Source: Mustelus asterias
Lineage: Eukaryota
DNA: 64,000 nt
Assembly: GCF_964213995.1 (NCBI RefSeq)
Contig: NC_135830.1
Location: 8,866,001 to 8,930,000 of the forward strand
Direction of reading: 5' to 3'
This document shows positions 24,251 to 36,247 of this stretch, one piece after another. A program made the position numbers and the translations under genes. How positions within the stretch are numbered: position 1 is the stretch's first letter; the number at the start of each line of letters is the position of its first letter. Under the pieces are notes generated by a model. It searched no databases. It worked only from the letters and a program-made list of their open reading frames with translations, and was not told where the DNA came from.

Positions 24251-24851
24251 CAACTAGTGGTATCCAAGTCCCACACACAGAAAAAATTCACTGGAATCAC
24301 TGTTAAAACTGTCCTGATAATAAGGCTAATGGACGTATTGAGAAAAAAAAAACAAGGACAGAACTATTTAGCCTCCATTAGCTTCCGGGTCACAGTAAGA
24401 AAATAAGGGTTTTTTGTGGAATGTCAATTATTGAGCATGTTCAAAAAATTCAACAGCTTTTGGAAGCCTAATGGCATTAAGCGCTATGCAGATAGCGCGG
24501 GAAAGTTGCGTTCAGGCTGGTCAGCCCTGATCTAACTGAATGACGAAGCAGAATCGAAGGACAGAATGGCCTACTGCTGTTCCCATGTTCCTGTACCCCA
24601 TTTTTCTACATTCTTCCCCAAGTCAATCGCTAAATGTGGAAGTTCTCTCTGTAAGGATGATTATATTAATCCAGCTCACGGTGCGTCTGGTTACTGTCTG
24701 TTATCTCACCACCTGGGTGTCACACAGCACCACTGGAGACAGAAGGGAGGGAGCTGAGAACATCCGGAGAAAGGAAGCTGATTATTGAAGGCGGGGATTA
24801 GACCGGATAAAATCAAACACACAGCTCCCCTTTTACAGAGCGACAGCGGCA

Positions 24852-26490
24852 ATGCAGCTGCTGTGGGGATCATTCCTGACAGGTAATTATGTGCAAAAGA
24901 CGTTGCACCATTTCACACGTTTCCCAAGCTTGGTTCCAGACCACAAATTAATCATACGCCCTTCTGACCATTTTCTGTTTTGTTATTTCCATATTTGAGA
25001 CATGGAGATTCTGTCACCCAGCCGCTCACATCAGATGTTAAGAGAGAAGGCGAGATCGTGACTTTAACATGTAGCAATGAAACCAAGCACGCTGAATGTC
25101 TTCTTCACCACTCTGTCCACCTGTGACTCCACTTTCAAGGAGCAGAGAGCGACTATAGGTTGTACTGGTACCGACAACATCCAGACACGCAGCCCGTGTT
25201 TATAGTGCGGAAAGATACTGATAGTTATGAAAATAAAGCAGATGTTTTTAAAAGTCGCTTCTTTGTAGCTAATGTCGCTCTGTAGGAGGTAGCTAAATTG
25301 ATACAAAATTGGCTTGATGACAGAAGCCACAGGGCGGTTGTAGAGGGTTGTTTTTTAAACAGGAGGCCTGTGACCAGCGTTGTGCCTCAGGGATCGGTGC
25401 TGGGTCCACTGTTATTTGTCATTTATATTAATGATTTGGGTGAGAAAAAAGGAGGCATGTTTAGGAAGTTTGCAGATGACACGAAGATTGGTGGCATAGT
25501 GGACAGTGAAGAAGGTTATCTCGGATTGCAACGGGATCTTGATAAATTGGGCCAGTGGGCTCACGAATGGCAGATGGAGTTTAATTTAGATAAATGCGAG
25601 GTTATGCATTTTGGTAGATTGAACCAGGGCAGGACTTACTCAGTTAATGGTAGGTCATTGAGAAGAGTTACAGAGCAAAGAAATCTAGAGGTGCAGGTCC
25701 ATAGCTCCTTGAATGTAGAGCCACAGGTGGACAGAGTGGTAAAGAAGACATTCAGCGTGCTTGGTTTCATCGCTCAGAACATTGAATACAGGGGTTGGAA
25801 CGTCTTGTTGAAGTTGTACAAGACATTGGTAAGGCTACACTTGGAATACTGTGTACAGTTCTGTTCACCCTATTATAGAAAGGATATTATTAAACTAGAA
25901 AAAGTGCAGGAAAGATTTACCAGGATGCTACCGAGACTTGATGGTTTGAGTTATAAGAAGAGGCTGGATAGACTGGGACATTTTTCTCTGGCGTGTAGAA
26001 GGCTGAGGGGTGACCTTATAGAGGTCTATAAAATAATGAGGGGCATGGATCATCTAGGTAGTCAATATATTTTCCCAAAGGTAGGGGAGTCTAAAACTAG
26101 ATGGCACAGGTTTAAGGAGAGAGGGGAAAGATGCAAAAGTGTCCAGAGGGCAGATTTTTCACACAGAGGATGGTGAGCGTCTGGAACAAGCTGCCAGAGG
26201 TAGTGGTAGAAGCGGGTACAATTTTGTCTTTTAAAAAGCATTTCGACAATTACATGGGTAAGACAGGTACAGAGGGATATGGGTCAAATGTGGGCGATTG
26301 GGACTAGCTTTGGATTTTTTTTAAAAAAGGCGGCATGGACAAGTTGGGCCGAAGGGCCTGGATCCATGCTGTTAACCTCTATGACTTCATGACTCTAGGT
26401 CTATCTCCAGACCTCGAACAAATTCATGAGTTTAAGTATATTTGATCTGAGCCTGACTGATGCTGCCGTTTATCATTGCGCGTCCAGACT
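24852..26490 (+). pseudogene. TCR alpha/delta-type V segment pseudogene 3, with two LINE-derived insertions
   Basis: Leader MQLLWGSFLT-G|GT (24852-24882); acceptor AT instead of AG (24991-2); DLRHGDSVTQPLTSDVKREGEIVTLTCSNET[57-nt insert]AESDYRLYWYRQHPDTQPVFIVRKDTDSYENKADVFKSRFFVA[LINE]YLQTSNKFMSLSIFDLSLTDAAVYHCASR. Confidence 0.9.
25284..26400 (+). mobile_element. CR1-type LINE, 5'-truncated, inserted in V3 FR3; long RT frame
   Basis: ORF 25298-26176: VPQGSVLGPLLFVIYINDL, KFADDTKIGG, KCEVMHFG, LRGDLIEVYKIM. Confidence 0.93.
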
Positions 26491-26529
26491 CACAGAGATA
26501 GAAAGAAGGCTCACCCTCATTCAGAAACC
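26491..26529 (+). promoter_or_regulatory. 23-RSS of V3
   Basis: CACAGAG + 23 nt + TCAGAAACC. Confidence 0.85.
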
Positions 26530-28058
26530 TGCTTAACACTGGAGATGGCGACTGAGGATTGCTGAGACTCATGGCCAGACGTTCAGTGAGTTTTCAGCCG
26601 CTCAAACACAAACAGAGGAAACCAAGTTAACCGCAGATGCAACTGACACCTAACTCTTTCCAGCCGCAATGGAGAAAACAAACTGCAGAATCCAATCTGT
26701 CAGGCAGATCCAGCACAGAACCATACTCGACTCATTCTTCCAAAAGACAATCATGCCACTTTTCTGGTCTGGCTCCACCAGTCGGTGGTGAGCTGGATAC
26801 CAGTGAATGGAAATACCTCAAGCTGCGACACAATTAATGTCCTGGTCATGGGAATGTTTCCATTGCCTGCGACCGCAGTTGGGAATAAAAGCCTTCTTTG
26901 TTAATTGGGGATAGTTCTCAAAACATTACAGGCATTGAACCCACCGTCATTGCACTCAACAGCAAATTTCAAAACTATCTGTGTAGAAAACAACTCGCAT
27001 TCAATTTCAGAGGAGTCCTAAAATCTACAGCTTGCATCACAGTAACAATAATACAAATCAGATGTCTGTTTGGATTGGCAGAAACATATTTTGAAAATAT
27101 AATGAATACATTGAATCTCCAGAAAGAAGGCCATTTACCACTCAGCACCAACAGAGGAAGCTCATGCATCACGTATTCATGACCACTGCAGCTAATCCAC
27201 CAAGAAGTCGCATGGCACTGGGGAATGAGGGCTTTCATTATTCTCATCATAAGTCACCAATTCAGAAATCTGCAAACATCCTTATAATTTGCCTTACTTG
27301 TTAGGAGACCACTATGTTTGATTTGGACTCTGTTACATTGATCAAATTCCATTGTTAATGATGACCACTCTCTACATAACCAACTGGGCCCTTACCTGTG
27401 CCCCAAATTTAAACTTATTTAAATGAAACGGTGGCCTGATGCTCTACAATCACAGTTCAATCTGCTAGATGTTTCAAGATAAACCTTTCCCATATCAGAT
27501 TGTACTTTATATTGTTGACTTCATATATTCCTTGAATTTCTGCTGCCATCTCAGTCATTGCTTCTCCCTTTGTCTATTTGCTTTTATCACTGTGCCTCCC
27601 CTTAACTCTCTCACTGACTTGTCATTGTCCTTGCAATTCTGTCGATTCCTCTGCCTATTTTTCTGTGATTCCTATGCGCCTAATTCCATCTCTCCATATG
27701 TCAGCTGAACAATATCTATTTCCAACCTCTGCAACAGCAGGGAACACAAGTGACCTTCAATGGGTATTGCTGACTTCATCTGTCCGTTTCGTAGTCACTG
27801 TGGCATCCTCATGCTCTCTGCTCACTATGAATTCACTGAATGAGACAAATAGAATCTCAGGCACCAATTTAAAACTTCGCAATGAAAGTCATGCCACCTG
27901 GTGGTGGCATCGCTAAATGCATGTTGGTCAAGTTTGTCAAACTCTCTTTCACATCCTGAATTACGTAAATTAATTTCCAGGGGTTCTTCCCCTGCTTTAA
28001 AACACGCACTCGGCCAAAAAATCCAAACAGACATTTTTCAACACACCGGCAGCCGGCG

Positions 28059-28132
28059 GTATCAGTAGTGTAGTTGTTATCACGTTCGCCCCCAACGCAA
28101 AAAAGATCCCGGTTTGAAATCAGGCAGAAACA
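28059..28132 (+). pseudogene. tRNA-Val pseudogene (array edge)
   Basis: GTATCAGTAGTGTAGTTGTTATCACGTTCGCC..GGTTTGAAATCAGGCAGAAACA; anticodon loop destroyed. Confidence 0.8.
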
Positions 28133-28978
28133 TTCATTAAACTTTCTCATGGAGGGTGAGGTATGTCTGTATGATTTCAGTTTCTTGCTGAATATCATCG
28201 GAATCTCGATGTTACAGCCACATTATCTTTGCTCTGACCTCGGCCTCAAATGCTTTCTCCAAAATCAGAAATGCTGAATTTTATGACGCAATGTCAGGAA
28301 AGAAACGTTCCTATTTTGACACCGTGCACATATTAGCATCTGCTTCAGTTTACACCAGTGTTTAGTTGGTTTAATAGATGCAGACTAACATAGTTAATCA
28401 CCATCTGAAACATGTCTAATAGTGATGAGTGCTCAGAAAGACAGACACAAGTGATGCTGTAAGTGAACTAAAGGAAATTGCACACATTTTCCGGAGCATT
28501 CTTTTTTGAAGATCGTTCTTCATAATAAAGAAATAGAAAAAAAAACACTCAGACAAATGAGAAAATCGAAACTTAGTGCGGATTTGTTGGACTTTCCTAT
28601 CGATGGACGGAATTTTTTAAGCGCCTGAATGTTAGTTACATATATTAACCGGTGACTCGATTCCTTTTGTTGGTCAGTTATGTTCGACATAAAATGTTGA
28701 ATAACGACAAATACTGGATATAACTGGTTGAAATTATTCGACGGAAGATGATAATGATGCATTAATGATTGAGCAGGAATCATTGCTCCCATAGACATTT
28801 CCCAGACGAACGCTTTTGAATTTTGAAGTTCAAGATGAGTTGAGATATCAGGTGGATAGTAACGGATATGTTCTTGTATTAAGTAACATGGGCCCTAAAT
28901 CTAACCATGAGAACCTGCAGCAAAACAGTGGAGTTGAACATTGTAGTCAGGCGAATTGGAGGCGTGGTGCTGTCTCTT

Positions 28979-29051
28979 GTTTCTGTAGTGTAGTGGTTAT
29001 CACATTTGTTGAACACGCGCAAGGTTTCTGGCTCGAAACCGGGCTGAAACA
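28979..29051 (+). pseudogene. tRNA-Val(AAC) pseudogene
   Basis: Val scaffold with anticodon-stem and T-loop mutations. Confidence 0.8.
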
Positions 29052-29760
29052 TTCATTAAGCTTTCTCATGTCGGGTGGGGGGAATCGATATGATTTCAGT
29101 TCGTTGCTGAACATTATCCGAATCTCGATGTTACAGCCATATTATCATTGCTCTGACCTCGGCTTCAAATGTTTTCTGGAAAATAAGAAATGCCGATTTA
29201 TTTTTGACGCACTGACAGAAAGAAACGTTTCGATTTTGACGCAATGCACATAATAGCACCACGTTCAGTCTACAACAGAATTTAATGGGTTTATCGGTGC
29301 AGACTAACATCGTTAATCACCATCTGAATCATGTCCAATAGTAGGGTGTGCTCTAAAGGATAGACACAAGTGATACTGCAAGTGAACTAGAGGAAACGGA
29401 GCATATTTCCCAGAAGAATCCTTTTTAAAATCGTTCTTCATAACAAAGAAATAGGAAAGAAGACTCAGACAGATGAGGGAATGGAGACTCAGTCCGGATC
29501 TACTGGACATTCCAAAAGATGGCCGGAAATTATGCGCCTGAATATTTCACGCCCATAATAAAAAGCTCAAGTGTAACTCACAGATATCTTTTCAATCCCT
29601 TCCATTTAAATGTGGTTGACTTTGTTTGAAAGCAGACTATGGTCAATCAAAAAAATTGCGATCTGTATTACCCGGTGATTCGATTCCCTTTGTTTATCAG
29701 TTATGTTTGCAATTGAGTGATATTCAATTTCAGAGATATTCTATTCATAATGAAGACATA

Positions 29761-30573
29761 CAGAACAGTACAGCACAGAACAGGCCCTTTAGCCCACGAT
29801 GTTGTGCCAAGCTTTATCTGAAACCAAGATCAAGCTATCCCACTCCCTATCATCCTGGTGTGCTCCATGTGCCTATCCAATAACCGCTTGAATGTTCCTA
29901 AAGTGTCTGACTCCACTATCACTGCAGGCAGTCCATTCCACACCCCAACCACTCTCTGCGTAAAGAACATACCTCTGATATCCTTCCTATATCTCCCACC
30001 ATGAACCCTATAGTTATGCCCCCTTGTAATAGCTCCATCCACCCGAGGAAATAGTCTTTGAACGTTCACTCTATCTATCCCCTTCATCATTTTATAAACC
30101 TCTATTAAGTCTCCCCTCAGCCTCCTCCGCTCCAGAGAGAACAACCCTAGCTCCCTCAACCTTTCCTCATAAGACCAACCCTCCAAACCAGGCAGCATCC
30201 TGGTAAATCTCCTCTGCACTCCTTCCAGCGCCTCCACATCCTTCTTATAGTGAGGTGACCAGAACTGCGCACAATATTCCAAATGTGGTCTCACCAAGGT
30301 CCTGTACAGTTGCAGCATAACCCCACGGCTCAGAAACTCCAACCCCCGTTAATAAAAGCTAACACACTATAGGCCTTCTTCACAGCTCTATCCACTTGAG
30401 TGGCAACCTTTAGAGATCTGTGGATATGGACCCCAAGATGTCTCTGTTCCTCCACAGTCTTCAGAACCCTACCTTTGACCCTGTAATCCACATTTAAATT
30501 AATCCTACCAAAATGAATCACCTCACATTTATCAGGGCCTACCAAAATGAACCACCTCACATTTATCACATTT
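29761..30573 (-). mobile_element. CR1-type LINE inserted in an edge array unit
   Basis: ORFs 29830-30342 and 30330-30656 (LVRPHLEYCAQFWSPHY, LRGDLIEVYK); splits the unit sequence GAAGACATA|TGTGTTAAAT. Confidence 0.92.
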
Positions 30574-30920
30574 ATATGTGTTAAATAATGCATTGATATT
30601 AAATATTGAAACAAATACTGAGTACAATTGTAAAATGAGCTTTGACAAAGTATCATCTGGACTCGAAATGTCAGCTATTTTCTATCCTTACAGGTGCTGC
30701 CAGACCTTGTGAGATTTTCCTGCATTTTCTCTTTTGGTTTCCGATTCCAGAATCCGCAGTAATTTGCTTTTATTACGGAGTACAAATGGTTCAGATTATT
30801 CGAAGGAAGATGTGAATGATGCATTAATGAATGAGCAGAAATCATTGCTCCCTCAGATATTTGTCAGACGAACCCTTTTAAATTTTAAAGTTCCAGGTAA
30901 GTTGAGCAATCAGATGGAAA

Positions 30921-31734
30921 ATTGGGCGGAGAAATGGTAGATGGAATTTAATTCAGATCAATGCGAAGTGATGCATTTTGGAAGAACGAATGTCGGGGGG
31001 AGTTATACAATAAACGGCAGAGCCACCAAGAGTATAGAAACACAGAGGGGCCTAGGTGTGCAAGTCCACAAATCCTTGAAGGTGGCAGCACAGGTGGAGA
31101 AGGTGGTGAAGAAGGCATATGGTATGCTTATCCTTATAGGACGGGCTATAGATTTTAAAAGCTGGAGTCTGATGTTGCAGCTGTATAGAACGCTGGTTAG
31201 GCCACATTTGGAGTACTGCATCCAGTTCTGGTCGCCGCACTATCAGAAGGACGTGGAAGCTTTAGAGAGAGTGCAGAGAAGGTTTACCAGGATGTTGCCT
31301 GGTATGGAGGGTCTTAGCTATGAGGAGAGATTGGGTAAACTGGAATTGTTCTCCCTGGAAAGACGGGAATGAGGGGAGACCTAATAGAGGTGTACAAGAT
31401 TATGAGGGGTATAGATAGGGTGAACAGTGGGAAGATTTTACCCAGGTCGGAGGTGACGATCACGAGGGGTCAAGGGCTCAAGGTGAGAGGGGCGTGATAT
31501 AACTCAGATATCAGAGGGACGTTTTTTTGCACAGAGAGTGGTGGGAGCCTGGAATGCGCTGCCAAGTAGCGTTGTGGAGGTAAACACGCTGGCATCGTTT
31601 AAGACTTACCTGGATAGTCACAGGAGCTGTCTGGGAGTGGAGGGATACAAACGAATGGTCTCGTTGGACCAATGAGCGGCACAGGCTTGGAGGGCCGAAG
31701 GTCCTGTTTCCTGTGCTGTACTGTTCTTTGTTCT
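30921..31734 (+). mobile_element. CR1-type LINE inserted in an edge array unit
   Basis: ORF 30941-31372 (QCEVMHFG, LVRPHLEYCIQFWSPHY); (TTCTTTG)n tail; splits CAGAT.GAAA|GTAACGG. Confidence 0.92.
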
Positions 31735-31860
31735 TTGAAAGTAACGGGTACCTTCCTGAAACAAGTGACATGGGCTCTCAGTCTAACCATTGGAACCTGC
31801 AGAAATACAGCGCAGTTGAACATTGCAGGAAGGCCGATTTGCTGTAGTCTGCTGTCAGCA

Positions 31861-31933
31861 GTTGCTGTAGTGTAGTTGCTATCATGTTCGCCTCACACGC
31901 AAGCGGCCCCGGGTTTGAAACTGAGTAGAAACA
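31861..31933 (+). pseudogene. tRNA-Val(CAC) pseudogene
   Basis: CCTCACACGC anticodon arm; many stem mismatches. Confidence 0.8.
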
Positions 31934-32707
31934 TTCATTAAGCTTTCCCATGCAGGGTGAGGGAAACCTGTGTGATTTCAGTTCGTTGCTGAACATTATC
32001 CGAATCTCGACGTGACAGCCATATTATCTTTGTTCAGACCTTGGCCACAAATTCTTTCTGCTAAGTAAGAAATGCTGATAGTTTTTTGATGCACTGGCAG
32101 GAAAGAAACGTTTCGATTTTGACACCGTGTATATATTCGCATCACGTTCAGTCTACAACAGAATTTAAGGGGTTTATAGGTGCAGACTAACATCGTTATT
32201 CACCATCTGAAACTTTTCTAATCGTAGTATGTGCTCCAGAAGACTGACGCAAATGCTACTGTAAGTGAACTAGAGGAAATGTTGCACATTTCCCAGGAGA
32301 ATCTCTACTGAAACCGTTCTTCATGACAAAGAAATAGGGAAAAAAACCATTCAGACAGATGAGGAAATCGAGCCTCAATGCGGATCTAGTGGACTTTCCA
32401 ATAGATGGCCGGAACTGATGCGCCTGAAAGTTTCACGCCCATAATAAAAAAGGCTCCACTGTCACTAACAGACAATTCTTCAAAGTCTTCCATTTAAATG
32501 TGGTTGACTTTGTTTAAAAGCTGGCCATAGTCAATCTCAAAATTGTGATCTGTATTACCCGGTGACTCGATTCATTCTGTTGCTCAGTTATGTTTGCAAT
32601 TCATTGACGTTCACTTTCAGAGATATCCAATTCATAATGAAGACATATGTGTTAAATAATGCCTTGATACTAAATAGTGAAACAAATACTGAGTACAATT
32701 GCACAAT

Positions 32708-32748
32708 GAGCTTTGACAAAGTGTCGTCTGGACTCGAAACGCCAGCTC
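32708..32748 (+). ncRNA. Penelope-type minimal type I hammerhead-like motif (U3-A8 core), edge copy with intact stem I
   Basis: GAGCT-TTGACAA-A-GTGTC(GTCTG)GACTC-GAAA-CGCC-AGCTC, followed by a Penelope-like tail CAGATGCTGCCAGA..CAGCATTTT..TTCAGATTCCAGCATCTGC. Confidence 0.55.
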
Positions 32749-33143
32749 TTTTCTCTCCTTACAGATGCTGCCAGATCTTGTGAGAATTTCCAGCATTTTA
32801 TCTTTTGGTTTCAGATTCCAGCATCTGCGGTAACTGGCTTTTATTACTGAGTACAATTGGTTGAGATTATTCGAAGGAGGATGAAAATGATGCATTAATG
32901 AATGGGCAGAAATCATTGCTCCCTCAGATATTTGCCAGACGAACGCTTCTAAGTTTTGAAGTTCAAGATAAGTTGAGCAATCAGGTTGAAAGTCGCGGTT
33001 ATCTTCCCGACACAAGTCACATGGGGGTAGGGGGGGGGGGTGGCGGAGGAGAGGGGGTTCTCAGTCTAACCATTTGAACGTGCAGCAATACAGCACAGTT
33101 GAACATTGCAAACAGGCCGATTTGCTCTAATGTCACTCAAGCT

Positions 33144-33216
33144 GTTTCTGTAGTGTAGTGGTTCTGACGTTCGCCTGACACGCGAAAAGTCCCCAGTTCA
33201 AAACCACGCAGAAACG
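33144..33216 (+). pseudogene. tRNA-Val pseudogene (anticodon GAC)
   Basis: CCTGACACGCG arm; D- and T-stem mismatches. Confidence 0.8.
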
Positions 33217-33386
33217 TTCGTTAAGCTTCTTCATGTCGTGTAAGGGAAAATTGCTTAATTTCAGTTCGTTGCTCATCACCATGCGAGCCTCGATGTTAAA
33301 GGCGCGTTATCCTTGCTCTGACATCACCCTCAAATGCTTGCTGTAAAATAAGGAACAGGCCGATTTGCTGTCGTCACTTATCAGCT

Positions 33387-33459
33387 GTTTCTGTAGTGTA
33401 GTGGTGATCACGTTCACTTCACACGCGAGAAGTCCCCGGTCCGAAACCGAGCAGAAAAA
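33387..33459 (+). pseudogene. tRNA-Val(CAC) pseudogene
   Basis: CACTTCACACGCG arm; GGTCCGAAACC B-box variant. Confidence 0.8.
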
Positions 33460-34613
33460 TTCATTCATCTTTCTCATGTAGGGGGAGAGAAATCTGTATC
33501 ATTTCAGTTCATTGCTGAACATTATCCGAATCTCGATGTTACAGCCATATTATCTTTGCCCTAAACCTGGGCCTCAAATGTTTTCTATAAAATAAGAAAT
33601 GCTGATTCATTTTTTGACACACTGACAGGAAAGAAACGTTTCGATTGTGACACATATTCGCATCTCGTTCAGTCTACAACAGAATTTAATGGGTTTATAG
33701 GTGCAGACTAACATGGTTAATCACCATCTGAAACATATCTTATAGTAATGTGTGCTCCAGAAGACTGACACAAGTGATCTACATGAAAGACACTCATTTC
33801 CCACAAGATTCTTTTTTGAAATCGTTCTTCACAACAAAGAAATAGGGAGAAAAAAAAACTCAGACAGATGAGGGAATCGAGACTCAGTGCGGTTCTCCTG
33901 GACTTTCCTATTAATGGCCAGAATTTATGCGTCTGAATGTTTCACGCCCATTATAAAAAAGGCTCAAGTGTCACGAACAGATAATTCTTGAATCTCTTCC
34001 ATTCAAATGAAGTTGACTCTGTGTGAAAGCTGACTATGGTCAATCGCAAAATTGCGATCGGTATTACCCGGTGACTCGATTCCTTCTGTTGGTCAGTTAT
34101 GTTTGCAATTCAATGATATTCAATTTCAGAGATATTCAATTCATAATGACGTGTTAAATAATGCATTGATGCTAAATATTGAAACAAATACTGAGTACAA
34201 TTGTAAAATGAGCCTTGACAAAGTGTCATCTGGACTTGAAACGACAGCCCTTTTCACTCCTTACATTTGCTGTCAGAGCTTCTGAGATTTTCCAGCATTT
34301 TCTCTTTTGGTTTCCTATTCCAGCATCCGCAGTAATTTGCTTTTATTACTGAGTACAGTTGGTTGAGATTATTCGAAGAAAGATGAGAATGATGCATTAA
34401 TGAATGGGCAGAAATCATTGCTCCCTTAGATATTTGCGGGACGAACGCTTTTAAATTTTGATGTTTGAGATAAGTTGAGCAATCAGATTGAAAGTAACGG
34501 TTATCTTCCTGAATTCAGTGACATGGGCTCTCAGTCTCACCATCGGAACCTGCAACAAGACAGCGGAGTTGAACATTGCAGATAGGCAGCTTTGCTCTAA
34601 CGTGTTTTAGGCT

Positions 34614-34686
34614 GTTTCTGTAGTGTAGTGGTTAACACATTCGCTAAACACGCAAATAGTCCCCGCTTCGAAACCAAGTAGAAGCA
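34614..34686 (+). pseudogene. tRNA-Val(AAC) pseudogene
   Basis: Multiple stem mismatches. Confidence 0.8.
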
Positions 34687-35435
34687 TTCATTAAGCTTTC
34701 GCATGTCGTGTAAGGAAAAATTGCTTGATTTCAGTTAATTGCTCAACATTATCCGAAACCCGATGTTAATGGCATGTTATCATTGCTCTGGCATCACTCT
34801 CAAGTGTTTTCTGTGAAATAAGAAACGATTTTTTTTTGACGCACTGACAGGAAAGTTCGATTTTGACACCGAACACATATTCGCATCTCGTTCAGACTAC
34901 AACAGAATTTAATGGGCTTATAGATGCAGATTAATATGGTTAATCACCATCTGAAATATCTGATAGTAGTGTGTGTTCAAAAAGTGATACTGTAAGTGAA
35001 CTGGAGGAAATGGCGCACATTTCACAGAAGAATCTTTTTTAAAATGGTTTTTCGTCACTAAGAAACAGGAAAAGACACTCAGGCAGATGAGGGAATCGAG
35101 ACTCACTGCGGATCGACTGGACTTTCCTGTAAAGGGCCGGAATTTATGCGCCTGAATGTTTCACGCCCGTAATAAAAAAGGCTCAAGTGTCACGAACAGA
35201 TAGTTCTTGATTCTCCTCCATTTAAATGTCGTTGACTTTGTTTAAAATTTGACGATAGTCAATCTCAAATTTGCGATCTGTATTAGCCGGTGATTCGATT
35301 CGTTCTGTTGGTCAGTTATGTTTGCAATTCAGTGATGTTCAATTTCAGAGATATTCAATTCATAATGAAGACATATGTGTTAAATAACGCATTGATATTA
35401 AATATTGAAACAAATACTGTGTACAATTGTACAAT

Positions 35436-35476
35436 AAGCTTTGATAAAGTGTCATCTGGACTCGAAACGTCCGCCC
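35436..35476 (+). ncRNA. Hammerhead-like motif, representative of the homogenised units (unit anchor +146 to +186)
   Basis: AAGCT-TTGATAA-A-GTGTC(ATCTG)GACTC-GAAA-CGTC-CGCCC; core and ACGT palindrome intact, stem I weakened. Confidence 0.45.
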
Positions 35477-35826
35477 TTTTCACTCCTTACAGGTGCTGCC
35501 AGACATTGGGAGATTTTGCAGCATTTTCTCTTTTCTCATCCGCAGTAATTTGCTTTTATTACTGAGTACAAATGATTGAGATGATTCGAAGAAAGATGAA
35601 GATGATGCATTAACGAATGAGCAGAAATCATTGCTCCCTTAGATATTTGCCAGAAGAAGGATTTTGAATTTTGATGTTCGGGATAAGTCGTACAATCAGA
35701 TTGAAAGTGACGGTTATCTTCCTGAATTCAGTCACATGGGCTCTCAGTCTCACCATCGGAACCTGCAGCAACACAGCGTAGTTGAACATTGCAGACAGGC
35801 AGATTTGCTCCAGTGCGATTACAGCT

Positions 35827-35899
35827 GTTTCTGTAGTGTAGTGGTTATCACGTTCGCCTAACACGCGAAAGGTCCCTGGTTCGAAACCAGGCAGAAACA
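35827..35899 (+). tRNA. tRNA-Val(AAC), intact cloverleaf
   Basis: GTTTCTGTAGTGTAGTGGTTATCACGTTCGCCTAACACGCGAAAGGTCCCTGGTTCGAAACCAGGCAGAAACA; TTTT at 35941. Confidence 0.93.
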
Positions 35900-36002
35900 T
35901 TCATTAAGCTTCCTCATGTCGTGGAAGTGAAAATTGCTTGTTTTCAGTTCGTTGCTCATCATTATCCGAGCCTCGATGTGAAAGGCATGTTATCATTAAG
36001 CT

Positions 36003-36075
36003 GTTTCTGTGGTGTCGTGGTTATCACATTCGCCTAACACGTGGAAAGTCACCGGTTCGAAACCAGGCAGAAACA
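36003..36075 (+). pseudogene. Second, degenerate tRNA-Val(AAC) of long units, fused to a SINE
   Basis: GTTTCTGTGGTGTCGTGG..CTAACACGTGGAAAGTCACCGGTTCGAAACCAGGCAGAAACA; A14 lost, stems mismatched. Confidence 0.85.
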
Positions 36076-36077
36076 TA

Positions 36078-36247
36078 GGGTAGCACAGTGGCACATCAGT
36101 TAAGACTGCTGCCTCAAGGCGCCAGGGTCCCAGGTTCGATTCCCAGTTTGGATCACTGTCTGCGCGGAGTCTGCATCTTCTCCCCGTGTCTGCATGGGTT
36201 TCCTCCGGGTGCGCCGGTCTCCTCCCACAGTCTGAAAGACATGCTGG
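36078..36247 (+). mobile_element. HE1-type SINE 5' half, co-amplified in all 12 long units (starts 75 nt after each second tRNA start)
   Basis: GGGTAGCACAGTGGCACA..GGTTCGATTCCC..GTGTCTGCATGGGTTTCCTCCGGGTGC..CCCACAGTCTGAAAGACATGCTGG; no 3' tail. Confidence 0.88.

Noticed and set aside
25298-26176. 292-aa RT ORF as a host or domesticated gene
   Set aside because: Typical 5'-truncated CR1 ORF2 with a frameshifted end and 3' UTR, inserted in a V exon
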